Below are positions 30,716 to 39,171 of a stretch of DNA of 64,000 bases, piece after piece. The DNA is taken from assembly GCA_965261405.1 (NCBI GenBank), contig CBDHDD010000002.1, positions 1,075,880 to 1,139,879 of the forward strand, in the 5' to 3' direction. The position numbers and the translations under genes were made by a program. This DNA comes from Dehalococcoidia bacterium (GTDB lineage Bacteria > Chloroflexota > Dehalococcoidia > Lucifugimonadales > UBA1127). Every line of letters begins with the position of its first letter. The stretch's first letter is position 1. Under the pieces are notes generated by a model. That model ran no database searches and was not told the DNA's origin. It saw nothing but the letters and a program-made list of their open reading frames with translations.

Positions 30716-32146
30716 ATGCCAGCACTGCACACTGCGCGGCGCGCGTTTAGCGCCATACTCCTCGTCATTGGCATGCTCGGGCTGTTTGCCCCGTCGGTGT
30801 TGGGGCAGGACAGCGGCGGCCCCGTCTACATCGCCACCATCAACGGCGTCATCGACCTGGGCATGACGCCCTACGTCAAGCGCACACTCAGCACGGCGAC
30901 GGAGGAGCGTGCGCAAGCGGTCCTCCTCGACATCAACACCCCCGGCGGCCGGCTGGACGCCGCGCTCTCCATCAAGGACGCCCTCCTCGACGCTGAGGTC
31001 CCGCTCATCGCCTACGTCAACCGCGAGGCGTTCTCTGCGGGCGCCCTCATCGCCATCTCCGCCAACAAGATCTACATGGACGAGGGCGGCGTCATGGGCG
31101 CGGCCACGCCCGTCGACCAAGAGGGAGAAAGCGCCTCGGAGAAGGTGGTGTCCGCCGTCCGGAGCGACTTCCGCGCCGTCGCCGAGGTCCGCGACCGGGA
31201 CCCACGCATTGCGGAGGCAATGGTGGACAACAGCGTGGCCATCGACGGCCTGGTGGAGGAGGGCAAGCTCCTCACCATGACCACGAGCGAGGCCATCCAA
31301 TGGGGCTACGCGGATGGCGAGGCGACCAGCATCGAGGAGGTGCTCGAAGCCGAGGGGCTAGCCGGGGCGGAGCTCATACGCGTGGACTACAGCCTCGCCG
31401 AGCGGCTGGTGCGGTTCCTCACCAACCCCATCGTGTCGTCGCTGCTCATCTCGCTTGGGTTCCTTGGGCTGCTGGCGGAGCTGACCTCGCCGGGTTTCGG
31501 CGTTCCCGGCATCGCGGGGATCACCCTGCTGGCGCTCTTCTTCTGGGGCGGCTTCCTGGCTGAGCTCTCGGGATGGGAGGGCGTCGCGCTGGTGGTGATA
31601 GGGTTGGTGCTCATCGCCGTGGAGATCGCGCTGATCCCGGGATTTGGCGTGGCGGGCGGCCTTGGGCTACTTGCGTTCATCGCCGGGCTGTACATATCGC
31701 TCATTGGCCAGGGCGCGACCACCGGCGACTTTGTGCGGGCGGGCCTTGTGCTGCTCTCTTCGCTGGTGACGGTGGTCTTTGGCGCCGCCGTCATCCTCAC
31801 GGTGCTGCCCAACCGGCGCGGCATGGGAGGGCTGGCGTTGCAGACATCGCTGCCGCGCGGCTCCGGGTTCCTGAACCGATTCGGCGAGAGCGGCGCGCAG
31901 GTAGCCGAATCTGCTCACCACGACTACGTTTCGCTGCTCGGAAAGCAGGGCGTGGCGCTCACGGTGCTGCACCCGGCGGGCGTCGCTCAGATTGACACCC
32001 AGCGTGTGGACGTGGTATCAGAAGGAGGCTTCATCGACGCGGGGACTCCCATCGTGGTCATTGCCGACGATGAGTACCGGCGCGTCGTCCGGTCCGTGAC
32101 CCCCGGAACTCCCTCCAGCGCGGACAGCTCACCACCGCAAGAATAG
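30716..32146 (+). CDS. NfeD-family membrane-bound ClpP-class serine protease
   Basis: Signal sequence, ClpP-like domain ([17 protein letters not shown]), multi-TM region and a C-terminal NfeD OB-fold. Upstream of floA. Confidence 0.8.
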   Translation: MPALHTARRAFSAILLVIGMLGLFAPSVLGQDSGGPVYIATINGVIDLGMTPYVKRTLSTATEERAQAVLLDINTPGGRLDAALSIKDALLDAEVPLIAYVNREAFSAGALIAISANKIYMDEGGVMGAATPVDQEGESASEKVVSAVRSDFRAVAEVRDRDPRIAEAMVDNSVAIDGLVEEGKLLTMTTSEAIQWGYADGEATSIEEVLEAEGLAGAELIRVDYSLAERLVRFLTNPIVSSLLISLGFLGLLAELTSPGFGVPGIAGITLLALFFWGGFLAELSGWEGVALVVIGLVLIAVEIALIPGFGVAGGLGLLAFIAGLYISLIGQGATTGDFVRAGLVLLSSLVTVVFGAAVILTVLPNRRGMGGLALQTSLPRGSGFLNRFGESGAQVAESAHHDYVSLLGKQGVALTVLHPAGVAQIDTQRVDVVSEGGFIDAGTPIVVIADDEYRRVVRSVTPGTPSSADSSPPQE

Positions 32147-32166
32147 ACACCATAGGAGATGTAACC

Positions 32167-33156
32167 ATGGCATGGATCGGGCGAATCGTAATCCTACTCC
32201 TTCTCATACTTCCCATTGTCCTCACACTGGGACTCATCCTCATCTTCATCCCGGTCGGGTTGTGGTTGAGCGCCATCTTTGCGGGTGTGCCGGTCAGCCT
32301 GCTGAGCCTCATCGGGATGAAGCTGCGGAAGGTCAGCCCGAACGCCATCGTCGAGCCGCTCATCTCCATTACCAAGGCGGGGATTGACCTCGACATCAAC
32401 GAGATGGAAGCCCACTACCTGGCAGGCGGCAACGTGGGCCGCGTGGTATCCGCCATGATCTCCGCCGACAAGGCCAACATCGACCTGACATGGCAGCGCG
32501 CCACCGCCATCGACCTGGCGGGCCGCGACGTGCTGCAGGCGGTGCAGACGAGCGTCAACCCCCGCGTGATCAACACGCCGCGGGTGTCCGCTGTAGCCAA
32601 GGACGGCATCCAGCTCATCGCGGTGGCGCGGGTCACCGTGCGCGCCAACCTCGACCGCCTGGTCGGTGGCGCGGGTGAAGAGACCATCCTGGCCCGTGTC
32701 GGCGAGGGCACCGTCTCGGCAATCGGCTCCGCGGACGCGCACAAGGCCGTGCTGGAGAACCCAGACCAGATCTCGCGCAAGGTGCTCTCCGGCGGATTGG
32801 ACGCCGGGACCGCCTTCGAGATCCTCTCCATCGACATCGCCGACGTGGACGTGGGGCGCAACATCGGCGCGCAGCTGCAGATCGACCAGGCAGAGGCGGA
32901 CAAGCAGATCGCACAGGCGCGAGCTGAGCAGCGGCGCGCCATGGCCGTCGCGCAGGAGCAGGAGATGGTGGCCCGCACCCAGGAAATGCGCGCCCTTGTG
33001 GTGGAGGCCGAGGCAGAGGTGCCTAGAGCCATGGCGGAAGCTTTCCGAGCGGGCAACCTCGGCATCATGGACTACTACCGCATGCGGAACGTCCAGGCGG
33101 ACACTGCCATGCGCGAGAGCCTGGGCGACCAGCCGGAAGAAGGCACCCAGCCTTAA
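32167..33156 (+). CDS. floA: flotillin-like protein FloA (UPF0365/YqfA family)
   Basis: 329 aa. N-terminal hairpin membrane anchor, SPFH-like body and an EA-rich coiled coil. nfeD-floA synteny as in Bacillus yqeZ-yqfA. Confidence 0.85.
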   Translation: MAWIGRIVILLLLILPIVLTLGLILIFIPVGLWLSAIFAGVPVSLLSLIGMKLRKVSPNAIVEPLISITKAGIDLDINEMEAHYLAGGNVGRVVSAMISADKANIDLTWQRATAIDLAGRDVLQAVQTSVNPRVINTPRVSAVAKDGIQLIAVARVTVRANLDRLVGGAGEETILARVGEGTVSAIGSADAHKAVLENPDQISRKVLSGGLDAGTAFEILSIDIADVDVGRNIGAQLQIDQAEADKQIAQARAEQRRAMAVAQEQEMVARTQEMRALVVEAEAEVPRAMAEAFRAGNLGIMDYYRMRNVQADTAMRESLGDQPEEGTQP

Positions 33157-33183
33157 GGACTCGGCGGCAGGAGCGGACCGGAT

Positions 33184-33651
33184 ATGGCCAACAATAGACT
33201 TGAAGAACTTCGACGGCGGGCGCAGGAGCGCATTCAACAGGTGCGTGAATCGATGGAGCGCGGCGAAGACGTTGCTCAATCCGCGCCACCGATGGAGGCT
33301 CCTCCGCCTCCGCCTGCTGAGCGGCGCAGAGAGTCCACGACTCGCGACGCCTACCAGGTAGGCCCGCAGTCCCTGGAAGGACCCTCGCTGGAGGGGCGCT
33401 CGCTGGAAGTGCCCGGCTATGAAACTCAGCGCACACAGCTTGAAGCCACGTTGATGGAGACGCTGCGGCCAACCTCCTTCTCTGAGGGGCCGCAGCGGCG
33501 ACCGGTCGCGCCCATCGCGACGCAGCGAGGGCGCCGCTCCAGGGCGGCCAAGGTGCTGAACAAGGACTCGCTGCGGCAGGCGATGCTCGCCATCGAGATC
33601 CTCGGGAAACCGGTCTCCGAGCGGCCGCCCCAAGGGCTTGGGGAGCTGTAA
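33184..33651 (+). CDS. hypothetical protein, largely disordered, in the yqfB position of the nfeD-floA operon
   Basis: 155 aa. AGGAG precedes the ATG. Pro/Arg/Glu-rich with a conserved-looking C-terminus LRQAMLAIEILGKP. Confidence 0.45.
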   Translation: MANNRLEELRRRAQERIQQVRESMERGEDVAQSAPPMEAPPPPPAERRRESTTRDAYQVGPQSLEGPSLEGRSLEVPGYETQRTQLEATLMETLRPTSFSEGPQRRPVAPIATQRGRRSRAAKVLNKDSLRQAMLAIEILGKPVSERPPQGLGEL

Positions 33652-33836
33652 GTCGTCAGCATCGCGACTGCCCTCGCTTCACCTCCACGGCGGGCCTGTT
33701 TCCGTGTGCACCCCAGATCCTTCCTTCCAAGAATCCGTCGAACCTCTTTCCCCTCGACGGCGGCGCGTGGCTGGGAGTATGGATATCCCATCCGGCGGCA
33801 GTAGTCGATACATGGGCGGCCAGATACGCAAATCAC

Positions 33837-34040
33837 ATTGTTCCAAAAATGGCGAAACAATCCCTGTCCCGCGAGACGCGTTCCGGATGGGAATTTTTGC
33901 TGTATGGGCGTGCGAATCCGTTCCGTTTCCGCGATGCGCAGAACGGTGTGGGTGCGTCTTGTTGCGGGATGTTGCTTCAGTCGGCATGGGGTGAGGGTAA
34001 CGAGTGGTGTCGCTTTGGGGCAAGGACCTCGTGTCAGGTT
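33837..34040 (+). repeat. long noncoding element family, diverged copy D
   Basis: Shares ordered blocks with copies A/B: ATTGTT...AACAAT stem, ACGGTGTGGG, CATGGGG.GA.GGTA, GGGGCAAG...GTGTCAGG. Ends about 75 nt before the enolase-family start. Confidence 0.4.
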
Positions 34041-34114
34041 TGGGGTTTCGCAGGGGACTGTTTCTCGCGTACCCTGTGCGCGTTCCAAGGTCATGCTGCA
34101 CTCATGGAGGGCCT

Positions 34115-35191
34115 ATGAAGATTGTTAGCTACGAGACCAGGGCTGTGGTTGTCCCTCGCGAGCCGGGGCCGCCCGTTGGGGGGGCGAACGTTGCGCCCTT
34201 TGTCGCGCTGACCCTGCGCACCGACGACGGCATCGAGGGGATCGGGTACGCGGGCTTCGTCAGCGACGTCATCCTCAAATCCCTCCACGAGTGCGTCAAC
34301 GCCATGGCGGAGCTGTCGATTGGCAGCGACCCAGCGTACATCGAGGCCATTGGCAAGCGGCTGCGCGCGGTGGGCGGCGGCTCGCCGGAGGGGATGGTCA
34401 CGCGGGCATCGGCGGCGGTGGACGTCGCGCTGTGGGACATCAAGGGGAAGGCGCTGGGGCAGCCCGTCCACAAGCTGCTGGGCGGCTATCGGGACCGGAT
34501 GCCCGCCTACGCGAGCGGGTTCCTGTGGCGCACCTACGACCTGGAAGCGCTTGCGACGACGGCCGCGCGGCTCGTGGATGAGGGGTATCGGTCGATGAAG
34601 TTTCGCATTGGTGGCGAGAAGACGCCGGCGGCAGAGGTGGAGCGCGCGCGCGTGATGCGGGAGGCCGTGGGCGACGGGGTCGACATCATGGTGGACATCA
34701 ACCAGGGGTGGGACGTCAATCAGTCGATCAGCATCGGGCGGCGGCTGGAGGAGTACGGGCTCTACTGGCTGGAGGACCCGACGGACCACCACGACTACCC
34801 GGGGCTGGCGCGGATCGCGGACGCGCTGACGACGCCCATCGCGGCGGGGGAGTACCACTACGGGCTTGCGCCGTTCCGGCACATGCTGGAGCACCGGAGC
34901 ATCGACATCGTGATGATCGACCTGCTGCGGGCCGGGGGCATCACGCAGTGGATGAAGGCGGCGCACATGGCGGAGGCGTTCAATCTGCCGGTGGTGAGCC
35001 ACCTGGCGCCGGAGATCATGGCGCACACGATGGTGGCGATCCCGAACGGGCTGACCGTGGAGAACATGCCGTGGAGCGCGGCGCTGTTCCAGGAGGTCCC
35101 GGCCATCGAGAACGGGGAGATCATCCTGACCGACAAGCCGGGGCTGGGGCTGGCGTGGGACTTGGAGGCGCTGGACGCGTTTGCGGCGTAG
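34115..35191 (+). CDS. enolase-superfamily enzyme (mandelate racemase / muconate lactonizing enzyme family)
   Basis: 358 aa from MKIVSYE behind GGAGGG. Metal ligands in DINQGW, WLEDP and the IDLLRAGG region. Confidence 0.85.
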   Translation: MKIVSYETRAVVVPREPGPPVGGANVAPFVALTLRTDDGIEGIGYAGFVSDVILKSLHECVNAMAELSIGSDPAYIEAIGKRLRAVGGGSPEGMVTRASAAVDVALWDIKGKALGQPVHKLLGGYRDRMPAYASGFLWRTYDLEALATTAARLVDEGYRSMKFRIGGEKTPAAEVERARVMREAVGDGVDIMVDINQGWDVNQSISIGRRLEEYGLYWLEDPTDHHDYPGLARIADALTTPIAAGEYHYGLAPFRHMLEHRSIDIVMIDLLRAGGITQWMKAAHMAEAFNLPVVSHLAPEIMAHTMVAIPNGLTVENMPWSAALFQEVPAIENGEIILTDKPGLGLAWDLEALDAFAA

Positions 35192-35310
35192 GGATCCCTC
35201 GTCGGGCCGAGGGATTGGGGAGCGGAGACGCCCCTGGGCCTCGCCTCTGCCCTGGATTCCCGCTTTCGCGGGAGCGACGGTTGGGGGAGTGCGGGCCGAG
35301 CGGCTGCGGC

Positions 35311-35575
35311 AGGTTGTTTTGGCATTCGATTTGTAGCTGGCGTGGCACACTTTAGCTACAAATCCAAGAATTTTTTTACAGAGAGAAAACAACCCCTCCT
35401 GTTGCTTGACGTGCTGCCATTGGCCATCGCTGTGGACCATGCCACCAACGATTAGGACGGCGCTCACGACGGTGTGGGAAGCCGTGATGTTGTGGTTGCG
35501 GTGGGGGTTTGCGACTACCATGGGGAGACGGTAGCGTTCTTCGGAGCGATGGGGCAAGAGGGCCGTGTCAGGGTG
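35311..35575 (+). repeat. long noncoding element family, copy A (first unit of a 309-bp tandem pair)
   Basis: Outer stem GGTTGTTTT / AAAACAACC encloses hairpin TTGTAGCT-loop(GGCGTGGCACACTT)-AGCTACAA. The tail ends GTGTCAGGGTG. Confidence 0.6.
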
Positions 35576-35620
35576 CGCCGACGCGCACGGGGTGGGGTTG
35601 CTGGTTTCATGGGAACGAGG

Positions 35621-35884
35621 ACTCGTTTCGGTAGTCGAATCGTAGCTGGCGTGGCACATTTCAGCTACAACTCCAATCTTTTGTTGCAAAACGGGCCCCC
35701 ACCCCTCCTGTTGCTTGACGCGCCGCCTCTGGCCATCGCTGTGGACCATGCCACGGACGTATAGGACGGCGCACACGACGGTGTGGGGGGCCGTGATGTC
35801 GTGGTTGCGGTGGGAGTTTGCGACTACCATGGGGAGACGGTAGCGTTCTTCGGAGCGATGGGGCAAGAGGGCCGTGTCAGGGTG
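35621..35884 (+). repeat. long noncoding element family, copy B (second unit of the tandem pair)
   Basis: Near-identical to copy A over the 3' two-thirds. Hairpin GTAGCT-loop(GGCGTGGCACATTTC)-AGCTAC. Tail GTGTCAGGGTG lies 309 bp after that of copy A. Confidence 0.6.
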
Positions 35885-35940
35885 GCGCGCCGTGCTGGGG
35901 GTGGGGGTGACGGCGGCGTGGGAACGGCGCGTGCGGGGGA

Positions 35941-36466
35941 CCCCCTTCGAGTGTCCTCAGGACAGGCTTTGACAGGCTCAGGGTGAACGGGGAACATCGC
36001 GCCACCTCTCTGGGTTCGTGCCTTCGCGGGAATGACGGTGAGGTTGGGTGGGTTCGTTGAGGGTGTTGGTAGAGGAAGGTGAGGTTCCCGCCTGCGCGGG
36101 AACGACGGGATGGGGCGGGAACGACAATGGGGTGGGGCGGGACGGCAAGTGCCGGTGGTCGCGGGAGGCCCCCTTCGAGTGTCCTCACGACAGGCTTCGA
36201 CAGGCTCAGGGCGAACGGGTGTTGGGGGGTGCGGGGTTCCACGATGGTGGGCTGTGATGGGGTTGCCCGGCCCGGCGCCCCTCTGGATACCGGCTTTCGC
36301 CGGTATGTCGGTGGGGTGGGGCGGGTTTGTTGAGCTTGTTGGTTGAGGAAGGTGAGGTTCCCGCCTGCGCGGGAACGACGGTGGGGTGGGAACGACGGTG
36401 GGGGGGTGTGGGTCGGTTGGCGCTGCTGGTCGCGGGGGGCCCTTCGACAGGCTCAGGGCGAACGGA
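35941..36466. repeat. composite REP-like array (types A and B) with an internal duplication of about 274 bp
   Basis: REP-B at 35941-35992, 36169-36219 and 36438-36465. REP-A hairpins at 36084-36103, 36288-36307 and 36357-36376. Block 36045-36219 is repeated at 36319-36465. Confidence 0.7.
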
Positions 36467-36554
36467 GTTGCGAGGGGGCCGTACGAATTTTGGCGTTTGG
36501 GGTGTTCCGACGGTGGGTGGGTTGGTATTACGAAACTTTGGTGAGAGGGATGAG

Positions 36555-37385
36555 ATGTACGGACTTGAGGGTAAGGTGGCTTTGGTTACTGGGGCTGGCG
36601 GGGAGAATGGGATGGGCCGGGGGATTGCGACTCGGCTGGCGCGGGAGGGGGCGGATGTGATCGTGAATGACTTCACGGCTATTCCGTACCCGGACCGCCC
36701 TTGGCGCGGGGTGTCGTCGGTGGTCGAGGAGATCGAGGAGATGGGGCGGCGGTCGAAGGCGATCATCGCGGACGTGTCGGACACGGCGCAGGTGGGGGCG
36801 ATGTTCGCGGAGGCGGTGGCGGAGTTCGGGAAGATTGACATCGTCGTATCGAACGCAGGCTCGCGGCCCGGGGGCGATCGGAAGGTGATGGTCGACGTGT
36901 CGGACGAGGACTTCGACCTGGTGCAGCGGGTGAACGTGCGGGGGACGTGGCTGGTGTGCCAGGCGGCGGCTCGGCACATGATTGCGCGCGGCGGGGGCGG
37001 CCGGATCATCACGATGTCATCGCGCGCGGGCAAGACGGGGACGGCGACGTACGCGGCGTACTGCGCGAGCAAGTTTGCGGTGATTGGGATCACGCAGAGC
37101 CTGGCGCTGGAGTTGGCGCAGTACGGGATCACGGTGAACGCGATCTGTCCGGGGCTGGTGGACACGGAGCGGGTGGACTACATCGCGGCGGCGACGGCGC
37201 CCGAGGGGCAGAGTGCGATGGAGCACCGGGCGTTCATGGTGCGGGAGCGGTCGGCGACGATCCCGCTGGGACGGCTGGCCGTGGCAGCGGACATCGCGCG
37301 GGTGGTGGCGTTCCTGGCGTCGGAGGAATCGGACTACGTCACGGGGCAGGCGCTGAACGTGGCGGGGGGGTACGAGGTGCATTAG
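36555..37385 (+). CDS. short-chain dehydrogenase/reductase (SDR)
   Basis: 276 aa from MYGLEGKVALVTGAGGENGMG (TGxxxGxG), with the catalytic YAAYCASK (YxxxK). The upstream part of the ORF is REP-derived and rejected. Confidence 0.85.
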   Translation: MYGLEGKVALVTGAGGENGMGRGIATRLAREGADVIVNDFTAIPYPDRPWRGVSSVVEEIEEMGRRSKAIIADVSDTAQVGAMFAEAVAEFGKIDIVVSNAGSRPGGDRKVMVDVSDEDFDLVQRVNVRGTWLVCQAAARHMIARGGGGRIITMSSRAGKTGTATYAAYCASKFAVIGITQSLALELAQYGITVNAICPGLVDTERVDYIAAATAPEGQSAMEHRAFMVRERSATIPLGRLAVAADIARVVAFLASEESDYVTGQALNVAGGYEVH

Positions 37386-37491
37386 GTGGGGGGGTGGATT
37401 CTAGCCTTTCATCTGGAGGGGAAGGAATGAAAGTGGGCGACCAACAAAACTGCATACCTGTCGCTTTACCCTGCCAACCCTCCCTATAGGG

Positions 37492-38184
37492 TCAGGCAAA
37501 TACAGCATAAGGAATGTCCCACTGCTTGAGCTGGGATGCTATAAAGTCCATAACGCGACATATCCGAGCAATCTCTTCCTCAAAGGCAGAGTCTGACAGG
37601 CTCATAGCAAGAAACGTATGCCCATGGCGTGGCCCTAAGACTGCGTCAAGCGTCCCTTCACGTTTACTGGAAGGACGTGGTGACCACGCGATGTCCTCCC
37701 GGCCCATAATCTGTCGGAACAGTGACAAGTATCCATGTGCTAGGGCGTCGCGGGCGAAAGTCACCCTAGCAAGGTCATCCTTTAGTTCTTGCGTCATCTC
37801 ATCATCAAAGCACTCCAGGAACACTCCTCTTAAACTCTCTGAGGATAGTTGCTCCAACTTGAGGGTTGCGGCTCGGGATAGGTCGGATGGGAATTGCTTA
37901 CCGTTGTCTCTCGCAGCACTTTCCTTCAATTCAGGACTCTCGTGAAAGCAGATTAGTGCTACCATCTGGCTTTGAAGCCAAAGCGCTGCTGTCAATAGTT
38001 TGCCGTGGCGACCAAACACGTCCTTTTCGTTTAGCAGATACAGCAGAAAGTGGGGAGGCATGCCTTCGGCCATGGGCTTTGCGTCAAATATGGTCTTCCA
38101 TTCCAAAGTTGGCTTGGGCGTGCCCTCATCCTGATGTGGCTTCGGCGTACCTTTGTCTTGGCGACGTCGTTCTGCTCTATTCAT
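37492..38184 (-). CDS. hypothetical protein with an R-x4-H (HEPN-like) motif, in the low-GC island
   Basis: 230 aa from ATG 38184 behind GGAG. Duplicated GTPKP in a basic N-terminus, and an FARDALAHG segment. Composition much lower in G+C than the flanks. Confidence 0.55.
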   Translation of the reverse strand: MNRAERRRQDKGTPKPHQDEGTPKPTLEWKTIFDAKPMAEGMPPHFLLYLLNEKDVFGRHGKLLTAALWLQSQMVALICFHESPELKESAARDNGKQFPSDLSRAATLKLEQLSSESLRGVFLECFDDEMTQELKDDLARVTFARDALAHGYLSLFRQIMGREDIAWSPRPSSKREGTLDAVLGPRHGHTFLAMSLSDSAFEEEIARICRVMDFIASQLKQWDIPYAVFA

Positions 38185-38312
38185 ATCTTTGTTCTCCAAT
38201 TGGCCCTCTTTACAGGAACCAATGCAAGAGTGATCCCCGGCGTCGGACTTCTAACCGGATGCCCACTTCAGGAGAGTGGCAAGCCAATGAGGGTCGTACT
38301 AGGCGGAGTCCA

Positions 38313-38873
38313 CTATGCCGAATCAGGTTTCTCTCTCAGTTCTTTAGTTCTTTGGACGAATCCGTCGACCCGTGCTTGATGCGTGTACGCTTGCTCGAGG
38401 GCCGTGCCAAGGTAATCCAAAATGTCTTCGACTTCTTTAGCGTCAAAGGTGTCAACGTCGATGTCATCATGCCCCGAAATGTTGGCCCAGAGGCGTAGTT
38501 GATCGACTGCTGCGAAAATGGCAGGGGTGATGATCTGCTTCTCCGCCAGCTCTTTGTAACTCTTCGCTTGCTTGTCACCTAAGAATCGTTCAAGCGCGAT
38601 GCGACCGGCCATAAGAGCCGCTAGATTGGCACCTGCGGCGTGCGCGATACGAGCGTTCTCGTATGCTTCCCTTACCTTTTCCGGGACACCAGCGGGCGCT
38701 GGTGGGCAGGTGAGAGGCCAAACTGGGCGCCTCCTTTCCGCAACGAAAAATCCCGAACAGGCCATACATTGCACTATGGACATGTCACTTACCGCAAGGC
38801 TGTTTCCGTCCCTGAGTGACACGGGTTCGTTAGGGGTAAATGAATTGCAACGAGGACATTTGACGCTGGCCAC
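38313..38873 (-). CDS. zinc-ribbon protein with a DUF4145-like C-terminal domain, in the low-GC island
   Basis: 186 aa from GTG 38873 behind GAGAGG. CPRC...CMAC ribbon and an LRLWANISGH signature resembling DUF4145. Confidence 0.55.
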   Translation of the reverse strand: MASVKCPRCNSFTPNEPVSLRDGNSLAVSDMSIVQCMACSGFFVAERRRPVWPLTCPPAPAGVPEKVREAYENARIAHAAGANLAALMAGRIALERFLGDKQAKSYKELAEKQIITPAIFAAVDQLRLWANISGHDDIDVDTFDAKEVEDILDYLGTALEQAYTHQARVDGFVQRTKELREKPDSA

Positions 38874-39043
38874 AAGGACTACCTCTCGTCGGATGACTTG
38901 CAGACTCAAAAGATAGGGTAGCAAGGCCACAGGCTGTGTCGCTAGGACTCTGTGGGTTCTTTTTGGCCAAATGGGACTACTGGAGAGTTGCCACTGCTGG
39001 GGTCTTGGACCGGAGGCGGTCGATTCGGGAGACGCCACTACGC

Positions 39044-39132
39044 ACCCCCTCATCCCCGCCCCTCTGGATTCCTGCCTCCGTAGGAATGACGCGGGTAGGG
39101 CAGGCCCTTCGACAGGCTCAGGGCGAACGGGG
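39044..39132. repeat. REP-like array, type A hairpin + type B
   Basis: CCCCTCATCCCC...CTCTGGATTCCTGCCTCCGTAGGAATGACGCGG followed by GGCCCTTCGACAGGCTCAGGGCGAACGGGG. The same modules recur at 40152, 43196 and elsewhere. Confidence 0.75.
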
Positions 39133-39171
39133 CTTGGGGTTTGCGTTGCAGCAATCGTGGGGCGGCGGCGC

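Noticed and set aside
35330-35365. TGGCAC in the hairpin loops (also 35650, 55613, 55713) looked like sigma-54 -24 elements.
   Set aside because: The GG-to-GC spacing is 9 nt (copies A and B) or 6 nt (copy C), not the invariant 10 nt of TGGCAC-N5-TTGC promoters. The motif also sits inside a hairpin.
34091-35866. A 591-aa minus-strand ORF, and the plus-strand ORFs 35474-35764 and 35783-35986, running through the tandem element.
   Set aside because: The first half of the long ORF is antisense to the enolase-family gene. Within the tandem units most nucleotide differences between copies change the encoded residue, so there is no codon-like constraint. The conserved parts are better explained by RNA or DNA structure.
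35192-36554. Possible CRISPR array in the repeat-dense intergenic region.
   Set aside because: The repeats belong to several different families, have irregular spacing and are themselves hairpins scattered across the window. There are no uniform repeat-spacer units, no leader and no cas genes.
37386-37491. Looked for duplicated gene-end relics (as at hyuB and tRNA-Gly) at the borders of the 37.4-39.0 kb island.
   Set aside because: No similarity was seen between the island borders and the 3' ends of the flanking SDR or aldolase genes. Only short local hairpins (CTTTCAT/ATGAAAG, CCCTATAGGG) are present.
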